A DNA stretch of 64,000 nucleotides from Candidatus Muiribacterium halophilum (GCA_002869225.1 PKTG01000025.1:3885-67884); one strand, 5' to 3'; positions 9,846-19,679 are shown, counted from the stretch's first letter. Made by a program: numbers and translations. Notes: a model not told the origin generated them from the letters alone.

Positions 9846-10118
9846 TTACTTTACAGCAGTTTTAAGAGCTTTACCTGCTCTGAATTTTGGTACTGTAGTA
9901 GCTTTGATTTTGATTTTTTCTTTTGTTCTTGGATTAACACCAGTTCTAGCTTTTCTTTTAGCAACTTCGAAAGTACCAAAACCGATAAGGCTAACTTTGT
10001 CGCCTTTTTTTAGAGTTTTAGTGATTTCTTCGATCATTGCTTCAAGAGCTGATTTAGCATCTTTCTTGCTGATAGTCGCTTTCTTTGCGATTGCATCAAT
10101 TAGTTCCATTTTGTTCAT
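9846..10118 (-). CDS. hup: HU family DNA-binding protein
   Basis: 90 aa with the canonical HU sequence (MNKMELIDAIA... GFGTFEV...RTGVNPRT...). Confidence 0.95.
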   Translation of the reverse strand: MNKMELIDAIAKKATISKKDAKSALEAMIEEITKTLKKGDKVSLIGFGTFEVAKRKARTGVNPRTKEKIKIKATTVPKFRAGKALKTAVK

Positions 10119-10303
10119 GTGATGTTTCCCGCCTTTCTTTTTGATTTGGTTGTTATGCCTTTAATTTAACCTAGTTAAAACCCTTATGTCAAGCAATTTT
10201 TTTAAAAATTTTTTTTTTGGAACCGCCGCACCGCACTAATAGAGCTACCCATGGATTTTCGGTTTTTTTTACATTTGTTTATTATACGTTATATTCTTCC
10301 ATA

Positions 10304-11572
10304 TTATCGTATTTCAATTTGTTTATAATCGATTTCCTTGCCAATCATCAATTTTCCGTATTCTCCGTCAAAACCCGGAAAATAAGAAAAGTCTCCTCTA
10401 TCAATTAAAGTGATTGAACGGATAATATTATCATTTAAATCAAGCTTCTCTATATCTTCGATTGAATAATTTTCCCAAAAAAGCACCTCAGAACCATATA
10501 TATTAATAAGTCTTTTAGTCTGTTCAATCACTTTTTGAGTATAGGATCTTACGCCTAAAGTTTCTCTTACGACATCAACTAAAGGAATCAACTTTTTAAA
10601 ATTATCCCTTTTAATATATCCCTTTGCGCTCTGATGCCTTATGATCTCAAGGAGTTGTTCATATACACCTATTGTCAGCTTTTTTTTACATATAGGACAA
10701 TTTCTATCACTCGGAGTATAATCAGGCGAGAAGACACATACTTTTTCTTCATGTCCTTTCTTTCCTTTTCTATGTCCCGTCAAAAAGAATTTACCTTCAG
10801 CTGGAGGAAATTCATAAGTAAAGGTACGACCTTTATCTTTTAAAGCCTCTAAAATGCTTTTATAGGAGATATCTTTTACCAGGACTTTTGTAAACTCCCT
10901 TCCCAATCTGTATAAGTAAGGACTATGACAGTCGGAATTTGAAATAAAGTTTATATCATTTAGCTCTTCAATCTTAGAAAGCATTTCAGGGTCGGCACTT
11001 AATCCAGTCTCAATTATTTTTATGAAGTCTTTTGAATCTCCAAACATCTCCTCAAGATGAAACAGAGGATTATTCGAACCAAATATCCCTTGAGGAGTCA
11101 TAACATGAGCCGGTATAAACTCGATATTCTCATCAATCTCCTTGATCTGCTTTATAAAAAAAGCTAGATGACTTACTTTATCAAATTTCAAAAAAGGTCT
11201 ACCAATATTAAGGGATACTCCCATACTTTCCATAACTTTTCTGGTTTTAAAAACAGATTCAAACCCAGGAAAAAGTATTATTATATGAAATAACTTTCGT
11301 CTTGATGTCTTTAAATAAGGAAAGGTAAAAATCACCTCTGTCTGTAATATAAAACCTTTTTCTTTATCAAGTTTTGAATAGAAGACACCGGACTTATCAA
11401 AAACGAACTCTGATTGAAGTGTTTCAAGCCATTTCAGATGAAGACAATCACCACTTCCGAATATATCGATTCCCTTCAAATTCATTCCCTCTATTATTCG
11501 GGGTATAGTTATCTGACCAACTCCACCCGAATACCCTGAATGAGAATGAAGATCTAAAAACAATTCCTTCAT
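10304..11572 (-). CDS. PHP-domain nuclease, endonuclease Q (EndoQ)-like, with a C-terminal zinc finger
   Basis: N-terminal DLHSHS metal-binding motif; GLSAD and SNSDCHSP...RLGREF motifs as I recall them from EndoQ; CPICKKK zinc-finger-like element. The ATGA overlap with the upstream radical SAM gene indicates coupling. Confidence 0.45.
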   Translation of the reverse strand: MKELFLDLHSHSGYSGGVGQITIPRIIEGMNLKGIDIFGSGDCLHLKWLETLQSEFVFDKSGVFYSKLDKEKGFILQTEVIFTFPYLKTSRRKLFHIIILFPGFESVFKTRKVMESMGVSLNIGRPFLKFDKVSHLAFFIKQIKEIDENIEFIPAHVMTPQGIFGSNNPLFHLEEMFGDSKDFIKIIETGLSADPEMLSKIEELNDINFISNSDCHSPYLYRLGREFTKVLVKDISYKSILEALKDKGRTFTYEFPPAEGKFFLTGHRKGKKGHEEKVCVFSPDYTPSDRNCPICKKKLTIGVYEQLLEIIRHQSAKGYIKRDNFKKLIPLVDVVRETLGVRSYTQKVIEQTKRLINIYGSEVLFWENYSIEDIEKLDLNDNIIRSITLIDRGDFSYFPGFDGEYGKLMIGKEIDYKQIEIR

Positions 11573-12474
11573 GAGATCTTAAAAAAACCCTTTTCTTTAT
11601 TTATTGAATGATTATCTAAAAGCTTATTAATACCGACTATAGCGATTTGAGGGTCTTTAAATATACTCTTTATATCGCTTTCATGAACCGGTCTTACTAA
11701 AAGGGTGTTTATAAGCCTTTCATCAGAATAGCCTATTTTCGCTTTTGATATTGCGGAATCCGCATCTATACATCTGATATCATTTTTCTCAAGAAAATTC
11801 TTTATTCGGTTGATTTCTTCCTTATTTATTCCTTTGTAATCAGAATAAGCAGCAGGTCTAACAATAGTATTTAAATGACACCCCTTATAATCAAGCTCCT
11901 TGATATATTCAATAAGTCCCGCAAGCGACTTTTCAGAATCATTGACGTCCTTTATTATCATTATCTCAGGAATAAAAAGTCCTCTATACATTTTAGAAAA
12001 TACTTTTACACCTTCTAGTATATCAAAAAGTCTGATTCCTTTAGCCGGTCTATGAATTGTATTGAATTGATTCTGATCGACAGTTGATATTGTTGGCATA
12101 ATAACATCAAAACCCAGGATACTTTTTCTTACTTCCTTATCATTAAGAAGTGAAGAGTTTGTTAGCAGCGCGGATGCTACCGGGAATCTTTTGATCTCTT
12201 CCAATAACTTTTCAATATATAAATATAATGTCGGCTCCCCTCTTCCAGAAAAAGTAATATGATCGATCTTAAGGCAATTTTCAGAAAGATATTGCTTTAT
12301 CTCAAATAAAACATCATTAAGCTCGAAATATTCATCCCTTTTTGTAGTCAGGACCTTAGTACGTCCACACTCACAGTAAACACAATCATAAGAACAAATA
12401 TTCTCTTTAAAAAGATTTACTCCCAATGATAACCCTAATCTTCGAGAATAAACCGGTCCAAAAAGAGATCTCAT
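11569..12474 (-). CDS. radical SAM protein (MoaA-like core, function unknown)
   Basis: CSYDCVYC (Cx3Cx2C) cluster at about residue 27, a SAM-binding SGRGEPTL motif and a TNSSLL segment. The start overlaps the cheX stop (TAATG). Confidence 0.75.
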   Translation of the reverse strand: MRSLFGPVYSRRLGLSLGVNLFKENICSYDCVYCECGRTKVLTTKRDEYFELNDVLFEIKQYLSENCLKIDHITFSGRGEPTLYLYIEKLLEEIKRFPVASALLTNSSLLNDKEVRKSILGFDVIMPTISTVDQNQFNTIHRPAKGIRLFDILEGVKVFSKMYRGLFIPEIMIIKDVNDSEKSLAGLIEYIKELDYKGCHLNTIVRPAAYSDYKGINKEEINRIKNFLEKNDIRCIDADSAISKAKIGYSDERLINTLLVRPVHESDIKSIFKDPQIAIVGINKLLDNHSINKEKGFFKIS

Positions 12475-12953
12475 TATTTATTTCTTTCTTTTAATCCAAC
12501 ATTGACTACAAGTTCACCTACTTCATCATGATAAAGTGGAATGACTAAAGTCTGAACATTTTTAAGAGGATCCGTCATCTGCATCTTCTCACCGCTAAAT
12601 AAAGTTGGCGGTGTAATATCAAACTCATATCCCAGGTCGTTTAGTTTTGATATTGCCATTCCGCTTATAATGTTTCCAAGTTCACCTAATGCCGATGCGA
12701 CCATCTCATCAAACTCTGTCACCTCTTCGCCCATCATCAGACCAGCTATTTTCAAAGAAGTAGATGCTTCCATATCATACATCACTCTTCCCTCGATCTG
12801 TCCGGCAACACCTATCACGATTACCATTCCTTTTGTCAGCATAGGAGATTGTTTTAGAGAAAGATCACCTCTTTTAAATTGAATACCTGTCATCTCATTA
12901 AGAACATTAATAGCACTTTCAACAAATGGATTTATATATTCCACTTTCATCAT
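12474..12953 (-). CDS. cheX: chemotaxis phosphatase CheX
   Basis: 159 aa. The ITPPTLFSG motif and overall similarity to CheX/CheC-like phosphatases support the call. Confidence 0.8.
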   Translation of the reverse strand: MMKVEYINPFVESAINVLNEMTGIQFKRGDLSLKQSPMLTKGMVIVIGVAGQIEGRVMYDMEASTSLKIAGLMMGEEVTEFDEMVASALGELGNIISGMAISKLNDLGYEFDITPPTLFSGEKMQMTDPLKNVQTLVIPLYHDEVGELVVNVGLKERNK

Positions 12954-13372
12954 TGACCCCCTAGTTTAACAAGAAAAGCTCTGATCATATTACATGCATC
13001 AGGGATCTTAAAAGGTTTTACTATGAAATATTTTGCGCCTTTCATTATAGCTTCTTTCACCATATCCTGATGTCCAAGTGCTGATACCATAATAATCACA
13101 GCATTCGGATCAAATTCCATAATACCCTGCACAGCCTGAATTCAATCCATATCAGGCATTGTAATATCCATAGTAACAATATCAGGTTTCACTTTTTTAT
13201 AATTTGCTATAGCTTCCTTACCATTTCCTGCCGTAGCTGCAACCTCTCCACCAAGTATTTTTACAACTCTTTCAAGGTTCTTTACCATAAATGCAGAATC
13301 ATCGGTAAGCATAAATTTAAACGGTGTCCCATCTGCTTTTTTTACGGGTTGAATACTACTCTCATCTACCAT
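12950..13372 (-). pseudogene. cheY: CheY-like response regulator interrupted by an in-frame TGA
   Basis: Two ORF fragments in the same frame. The receiver domain reads DITMPDMD-TGA-IQAVQGIMEFDPNAVIIMVSA, with the TGA at 13142-13144 sitting exactly at the conserved Gly of the MPxMDG motif. Confidence 0.75.
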
Positions 13373-13383
13373 AAAACTTCCTC

Positions 13384-14433
13384 CTATTTTTCGGAAAAAT
13401 CAATTATTTCTCTATATATATCTTTTAAAGGTAATACTTTATCAACGTTATCAAGCTCAACAGCCGTTCGAGGCATACCATACACAACACTTGAATTCTC
13501 ATCCTGTGCTATAGTATAGCCACCAGCCTTTCTTATATCGCCAAGATGTTCGGCGCCATCATTTCCCATACCGGTCATGATCACCCCCAATGTCCTTCTG
13601 CCAAAGTTCTCTGCAGCTGATAAAAAAAGTATATCTGCCGATGGTCTGTGTCTGTTAACTTTTTCACCTTTATTTAATTCTACCACAAGATCTATCCCTT
13701 GTCTTCTTACTTTCATATGAAAATCACCAGGAGCTATTAACACCCTGCCATCGATACACTTATCTCCATCTTCGGCTTCTTTTATATGCAGTTTCGACAT
13801 CTTATCAAGTCTTTCAGAAAAAGCTTTTGTAAAACCAGCAGGCATATGCTGAACTATAAGTATACTGGCTGAAAGATCAGTTGGTAGCCGTGGAATAAGT
13901 TTCATCAAAGCATTCGGCCCACCTGTCGATATTCCTATACAAACTAGTTTTGTTAGATTTGTCTTGAGCTCTTTTTTTTCAAGAGTGGTTTTATCTTCAA
14001 TTAATATAGGTGTAACATTTGACAATTTATCCTTATTCTCGAAAGCTTTTTTTACACGATCTACTATCTTATCTGATACACTTTCAATAGACATATCAAT
14101 ACTTTTACTCGATGGTTTATGAACAAAATCAAAAGCACCAAGTTCCAGACATTTCAAAGTAAGTTCGGCGTTTTCGGTGGTAAGTGAGGATATCATTACA
14201 ACAGGTATTTCAGGAAACTGTTTTCTAAGTCTTTTTAAAGTCTCCACACCATCCATTCTTGGCATCTCTACATCAAGAGTTATTACATCCGGTTTCTGTC
14301 TTATGATCTTTTCAAGAGAGTCTATACCATCTCTTGCGGTCATAACAACATCAATTTCATTATCACTATTTAATATTCTTGTAATTATCTTTCTCATCAA
14401 AGCCGAATCATCGACTACCATAACTTTAATCAT
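13384..14433 (-). CDS. cheB: protein-glutamate methylesterase/response regulator CheB
   Basis: N-terminal receiver domain (VMVVDDSALMRK) plus a C-terminal CheB methylesterase domain. Confidence 0.9.
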   Translation of the reverse strand: MIKVMVVDDSALMRKIITRILNSDNEIDVVMTARDGIDSLEKIIRQKPDVITLDVEMPRMDGVETLKRLRKQFPEIPVVMISSLTTENAELTLKCLELGAFDFVHKPSSKSIDMSIESVSDKIVDRVKKAFENKDKLSNVTPILIEDKTTLEKKELKTNLTKLVCIGISTGGPNALMKLIPRLPTDLSASILIVQHMPAGFTKAFSERLDKMSKLHIKEAEDGDKCIDGRVLIAPGDFHMKVRRQGIDLVVELNKGEKVNRHRPSADILFLSAAENFGRRTLGVIMTGMGNDGAEHLGDIRKAGGYTIAQDENSSVVYGMPRTAVELDNVDKVLPLKDIYREIIDFSEK

Positions 14434-16597
14434 TAGAGACCCTCTTTATTAGTTTGTTTATATCTAAAATGATAGATACTCTGCCATCTCCAAGAATATT
14501 AGCCCCAGCAACACCTGGTGTCTTAACGAGATAAGAGTCAAGATTCTTGATAACCACTTCCTGCTCACCATATAATTTGTCTACGACAATACCAACCTTC
14601 TTACCTGCAGCTTCTACTATTACAACAAAAAAAGAATCTCTTTCTTTTGATGGAATATTAAAGAGCTCCTCGATACTTATAAGCGAAACCACTTCATCTC
14701 TTATCTTTGTAGCTTTGGTATTTTTTAGATTGTAAATATCAGCTTTTTTTAATTTTATTGTCTCTTCAACAAGATTAAGTGGTATTGAGAAGACTTGATC
14801 AAGACCTCTTATAAGAAGCGCATTTATTATTGCCATAGTAAGTGGTAAAAATATTATTACCCTTGTTCCTTTTCCTTTTTCACTATGTACCTCTACACTT
14901 CCATTTACTTTTTCAATACTTCTTTTGACAACATCCATCCCGACTCCTCGTCCGGATAGACCAGTTACAGAAGCAGCTGTTGAAAAACCAGGCTCAAATA
15001 TCAAAGAAAAGACATCAGAATCCTTCATTAGATCTTTTGATTCTTTCTCTATAAGACCTTTTTCCACGGCTTTTTTGATTATGCTATTTCTGTCAAGTCC
15101 CTTACCATCATCGCTGACCTCTATTATTATCCTGTTGCCCTGATGACTTGCTGTTAGTCTTATTGAACCAACCGGATCCTTTCCAGCCTTTAATCTTTCC
15201 TCTTTTGATTCTATTCCATGGTCAAGAGCATTTCTAATTATATGCACAAGCGGATCTCCAAGCACCTCAATAACGGTCTTATCGAGTTCAGTTTCCTGCC
15301 CTTCTATTATAAGTTCTATATCTTTTCCAAGTTCCTTTGAGATATCTCTTATCATCCTTGGGAACCTTTTAAACACTTTCTCAACGGGAAGCATCCTGAT
15401 CTTCATTGTATTTTGCTGCATCTCATTATTTAGTCTTCTAGTCATCTGATTGATCTCTTTAAATTCCTCGGATAACTCTCTCATAGACCTCATCAAACAA
15501 GAATAGACTTCTATGGATTCTTCGGGTAATTCATCCTCGATATCTTTTATTATATTTGAGAATCTTTTTCCTTTCTGAAGAATTTTCTCACATTCATCTT
15601 CCAGTCTAAAATATCTTGAAGTGTTGATTATCTGCTCACCTATCAGGTTTAGAAGTTCATCAATCTTTACTGAATCCACCCTTAGTGAGTTTATGATATC
15701 CTTTTTTTCTTTTGTTTTATTTTTATCAATTATCTTCTTTTTTTCTTTTTTTAAATCTTCAACATCTGTCTTTTTATCATCTTTATTATCTTTTGTCTCA
15801 ATCTCAAAATCATCTATATCGACTTTTATAACCTCATTTGGTATTTTTACCTTTTCTTGTATATCTTCAATTGATGATTTTAATCCAACCAATATCTTAA
15901 CATATGGTATGAATTCATCCTTATTAAGTTCCTGTTCATCAGGGATCGTCTTTATTATCTCTGAGTTATTGCGAACTTCCTGCATTACAAGAAACCTCCC
16001 GACAGAAGGCATCATAGAATCCTCAGAAAAATAGATAGTAAGAACATATATTTTCCCATTTTGTTTTTCAGTCTGTTTCATTATATCAAGTTCTATATCT
16101 GAAAGCTTAATAGAGATATCAACATCATCTTTATTTTCATCATTGACCTGAACTTTTTTCTCTCCACTGCCGTCTGACAAAAAACTCTCTAGTTCAGTAG
16201 TAATTTCATCTACCTCTATTCCCTCTTCTGAAGAGTTCTCAATATTTGTTATCATCTCATTTATTGCATCCATACCTTTAAAAAGCATATCATTCAAATT
16301 TATACTAAATTCCAGATTTTTTTTCCTGAGTTCATCAAAAATATTTTCGATCTTATGCATAACATTTTGAACACTCTCAAATCCCATAGTCCCTGCTGAA
16401 CCCTTTACGGTATGAGCTGCTCGAAATATCTCGTTCAATATATTCTCATCCTCCGGGTTTTTCTCGAGGTTTAATAGATTATCGTTAATTATCTCTATCT
16501 TCTCATAAGCTTCTTCAAGAAAGTCTTTAATAAATTCAGAATTATCAAAATCCATATTTACACTCCAATCTTTTTGTAAACTATTCCACCACTGCAA
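14426..16597 (-). CDS. cheA: chemotaxis histidine kinase CheA
   Basis: Hpt domain (HTVKGSAGTMGF), HATPase G-boxes (GRGVGMDVV) and a C-terminal CheW-like domain. Confidence 0.95.
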   Translation of the reverse strand: MQWWNSLQKDWSVNMDFDNSEFIKDFLEEAYEKIEIINDNLLNLEKNPEDENILNEIFRAAHTVKGSAGTMGFESVQNVMHKIENIFDELRKKNLEFSINLNDMLFKGMDAINEMITNIENSSEEGIEVDEITTELESFLSDGSGEKKVQVNDENKDDVDISIKLSDIELDIMKQTEKQNGKIYVLTIYFSEDSMMPSVGRFLVMQEVRNNSEIIKTIPDEQELNKDEFIPYVKILVGLKSSIEDIQEKVKIPNEVIKVDIDDFEIETKDNKDDKKTDVEDLKKEKKKIIDKNKTKEKKDIINSLRVDSVKIDELLNLIGEQIINTSRYFRLEDECEKILQKGKRFSNIIKDIEDELPEESIEVYSCLMRSMRELSEEFKEINQMTRRLNNEMQQNTMKIRMLPVEKVFKRFPRMIRDISKELGKDIELIIEGQETELDKTVIEVLGDPLVHIIRNALDHGIESKEERLKAGKDPVGSIRLTASHQGNRIIIEVSDDGKGLDRNSIIKKAVEKGLIEKESKDLMKDSDVFSLIFEPGFSTAASVTGLSGRGVGMDVVKRSIEKVNGSVEVHSEKGKGTRVIIFLPLTMAIINALLIRGLDQVFSIPLNLVEETIKLKKADIYNLKNTKATKIRDEVVSLISIEELFNIPSKERDSFFVVIVEAAGKKVGIVVDKLYGEQEVVIKNLDSYLVKTPGVAGANILGDGRVSIILDINKLIKRVSND

Positions 16598-17403
16598 ATC
16601 TTAAATTCAAACAGATCCGAGAAGTTGGACAAAGATTCAGAATGACCTATAAACAGGTATCCTCCTGATTTAAGGGATCTGTGCAACTTCTCTATGACAC
16701 TTTTTCTCATATTGTCATCAAAATATATCATCACATTTCTGCAAAATATTATATCAAGGTTTCTTGGAAATGGTCCTTTTTTTAAATTCAGATACATATA
16801 TTTCACTTTTTTTCTATATTCTTGAAGAATTTCAATCTTCCCATTCTTCTCAATAAAATATTTTTTTAAAATATTTAAAGGCATATTATGTAACCTTTTT
16901 GCAGGATATATACCATCTTTTGCGATCTCTATAGAGGTCTGTGAAATATCTGTTGCATAAATCTGAAGAGACATTCCCGAATTTATAAAACTCTTGTGTT
17001 CCAGAGATGAGATAAGTATAGAATATGGTTCCTGTCCAGTCGAACATCCTGCCGACCATATAGAAAGTGGTGGATTTACCATAAAAGAACCTGAATTAGA
17101 CTCTATGACCTCTGGCAGTACATGTTCGTTTAACGCTTTAAAATGACTTTTGTTTCTAAAGAAAGAAGTCTCATTGACAGTTAGGAGATCAAGCAGTTCC
17201 TTTATCTCAATATCAGAAGAGGTGCTTCTTTTGTTTAAAAAGGAATAGTATTCGTTGAAAGTCGCATAACCCAGTTGTTGCATTCTTTCTTTGAGTTTAT
17301 ACTCGAGTCTTAATTTATTCTTATGATTAAAATCAAGACCACTAAGATTGTAGATAAGATCCTTTACAAGTTGAAATTCAGCATCATTTAATATCTTTAT
17401 CAC
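16558..17403 (-). CDS. cheR: chemotaxis protein methyltransferase CheR
   Basis: CheR N-terminal helical domain followed by a SAM methyltransferase fold (TSFFRN motif). Confidence 0.9.
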   Translation of the reverse strand: MIKILNDAEFQLVKDLIYNLSGLDFNHKNKLRLEYKLKERMQQLGYATFNEYYSFLNKRSTSSDIEIKELLDLLTVNETSFFRNKSHFKALNEHVLPEVIESNSGSFMVNPPLSIWSAGCSTGQEPYSILISSLEHKSFINSGMSLQIYATDISQTSIEIAKDGIYPAKRLHNMPLNILKKYFIEKNGKIEILQEYRKKVKYMYLNLKKGPFPRNLDIIFCRNVMIYFDDNMRKSVIEKLHRSLKSGGYLFIGHSESLSNFSDLFEFKICSGGIVYKKIGV

Positions 17404-17407
17404 AATA

Positions 17408-17869
17408 CTATTCTCTTATCATCTCTTCTATTTCAGTTTCATCAAGTATTTTTTCTATATCTAATATTATCAGAAGATTATCATCCTCATATTTACCAAT
17501 ACCTTTGATATGTTTTTTATCAATATTTGTAACAAGTTCAGGAGTGGGAGCTATCTGATTTGAGTCCAGTTTTATTACTTTTGTTATCATATCCACAGTC
17601 ATTCCAATGAGTTTATCTTTGTGTTCTATGATTATTATCTTCCTGTTCTTCTTAGAAAGTTCGTCGTCAGCATATTTTAGTCCTAATCTCACTTTAAGAT
17701 TTATAACAGGTATTATTATTCCTCTAAGGTTTATAACACCCTCTACAAAATCTAAAGATTCAGGTATATTAGTAATATCAACAAATCTTATTATCTCTTT
17801 TACTTTCATTATATCCACAACATAATTCTCGTCACCAAGTTTAAACCCTACAAGTTCAAGCTCTGCCAT
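17408..17869 (-). CDS. cheW: chemotaxis coupling protein CheW
   Basis: 153 aa single CheW domain. Confidence 0.9.
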   Translation of the reverse strand: MAELELVGFKLGDENYVVDIMKVKEIIRFVDITNIPESLDFVEGVINLRGIIIPVINLKVRLGLKYADDELSKKNRKIIIIEHKDKLIGMTVDMITKVIKLDSNQIAPTPELVTNIDKKHIKGIGKYEDDNLLIILDIEKILDETEIEEMIRE

Positions 17870-17884
17870 CTTACCTCCATATTT

Positions 17885-18892
17885 CTATTTATTCTGTTGC
17901 TGCTTAACTTTATCTATCATGCTTTTAGGTATGATTTTTTTTATTTTTTCAACACTCTCTTTGATCTGTTTATAGGTCAGATTGATATTGATAACCGCAG
18001 CTTTTGCTGAAGAAGTAACACTGATTCCATTGATTATATCAAGAAGCCCAAATCTAGCTCCATAAAGTGTACCTGCAAGTTTGAGGTTATTTAACATATC
18101 TGAGATATTCTTTGCAGAATCAGCCGTATCAGCGTTTAAATCAATAGATATAAAGACTCCAGGAACTATTTTCCCATGAAAAGAGACATCATCTATTTTC
18201 GCAAAAACAGCCTGTCCGGGATACTTTTTCTTAATATTTGCTTTTGTATCTTCAGTTATCTTAATAAGGCCTTTTATATGATCTTTATCAGAAGATCTAC
18301 CAAAATATTTTTTGAATGAATCTTCTTTGACTTGTGCATCTTTAGTACTTCCAATTTTTATTAAGTTTCTTTTTTCATATCTATCTAAAAGTTCCTTTGA
18401 AAATTCAAGATTACCAAGCACAAGATTGTTTTTATCAAAAAACACAAAACATGAACCATCAGGAGTCTTATAAAAAGTCTTTCCAATATATTTGACAGGA
18501 GTATAACTGATCTTTTTATTTTCTTTCTTCATATTCTGAAAATAGTTTGTAACTTTTTTCTCATTAAAGACACCGTTAAATATTATAGCTGTCCTTTTTG
18601 AATTACCAGATATTACATCTTTTGAAAATAATGCATATATAGAATTCAGATCCTTTTCAGGTCTAAATCCTGTTTGAGATACAAAAACCTCATATGAGTC
18701 TATTTTATTCTTTACAATACCATTTTTATAAAATTCACTCATTATTGGATCTGTTGATATTGCTTTATAATCTACTCTTACTGCAGCAACTATATCATCA
18801 CTGATAAAGTCGTTTATACTACTATAGGACACAATACTTAAAACAAATACGGTTAAAACAACAATACTCTTCTTTAAGATCTGAATTTTCAT
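17885..18892 (-). CDS. hypothetical secreted protein
   Basis: Signal peptide and no recognisable domain. It is the first intact gene of the che operon. Confidence 0.35.
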   Translation of the reverse strand: MKIQILKKSIVVLTVFVLSIVSYSSINDFISDDIVAAVRVDYKAISTDPIMSEFYKNGIVKNKIDSYEVFVSQTGFRPEKDLNSIYALFSKDVISGNSKRTAIIFNGVFNEKKVTNYFQNMKKENKKISYTPVKYIGKTFYKTPDGSCFVFFDKNNLVLGNLEFSKELLDRYEKRNLIKIGSTKDAQVKEDSFKKYFGRSSDKDHIKGLIKITEDTKANIKKKYPGQAVFAKIDDVSFHGKIVPGVFISIDLNADTADSAKNISDMLNNLKLAGTLYGARFGLLDIINGISVTSSAKAAVININLTYKQIKESVEKIKKIIPKSMIDKVKQQQNK

Positions 18893-18905
18893 ATTTCCTC
18901 CGAAT

Positions 18906-19583
18906 TTATGATTTTATTATACCTCTTTTTTGTAATGATTTCAATTCTCGTTCAAAAAAGCCCATATTTATCTCCTTTTCCCAAGGTTTTCCTTCAAGAT
19001 TTCTAAAATAGACTGTATCTGATTCAACCCTCCATGGTTCATTATCTTTTGTAAATCTAATATCAAGCCTTTTATCTGAAAGTTTGGAATGTATATCTTT
19101 GATCCTTTTAAAAAATTTTTCTGATTGTCCCTGATTTTTTTCCTGTATTATCATTTGAAATATTATATTTGGACCAAATTGATCTCGTTTTTGTCTTTCT
19201 TCAATAAGCTTTTTGATATTTTCGATAACAGTTGAAAGATCACCACCCTTTCTTATATTGCGATAGCTTTTCTCATCAACAGAATCAAGCGATATAAAAA
19301 GATCGTTTGGATGTGGTAGTACTTTCTGATCTGAAATATCAAGTATAGCTCGACGATTTTCATTATTTAACAAAAGGCCGTTAGTATGTATTACTATATT
19401 ATCAATAAACAAAAATTCTTTTGATCTGCTATAAATATAATCAATAAAATTTGAAAACTCTGGATTTAAAAGAGGTTCCCCCCGAAAAAAAGGGTTTATA
19501 CTACTTATCTTAAGTCTTTTTTCTATGATCTCATCTATTATTTTAAAAAAAAGCTTCCCTTAAAGGAAGCTTTTATTCTTTAA
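18906..19583 (-). pseudogene. 5'-truncated radical SAM gene, paralog of the 11569..12474 gene
   Basis: The frame is open from the TAA at 19581-19583 with no ATG. It encodes PFFRGEPLL (SAM-binding motif) and IVIHTNGLLL but lacks the Cx3Cx2C cluster. The terminator of the upstream gene lies inside this frame. Confidence 0.55.
19549..19574 (-). terminator. rho-independent terminator of the 19680..19880 gene
   Basis: 10-bp perfect stem aaaagcttcc / ggaagctttt with a 6-nt loop, followed on the minus strand by T8. Confidence 0.5.
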
Positions 19584-19679
19584 TAAACTATTGTTTTGAG
19601 AACAATTCTCACAATATAGATTACAATAAGATGACGATTCCAGTGTAAGCCATATTTTTTCAGCCCACATTTTATTTAA

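Noticed and set aside
14177-16034. Multiple + strand ORFs (62-137 aa) inside cheB and cheA.
   Set aside because: They are antisense to well-supported che genes, Ser/Ile/Phe-rich and low-complexity. Artefacts of AT-rich codon usage.
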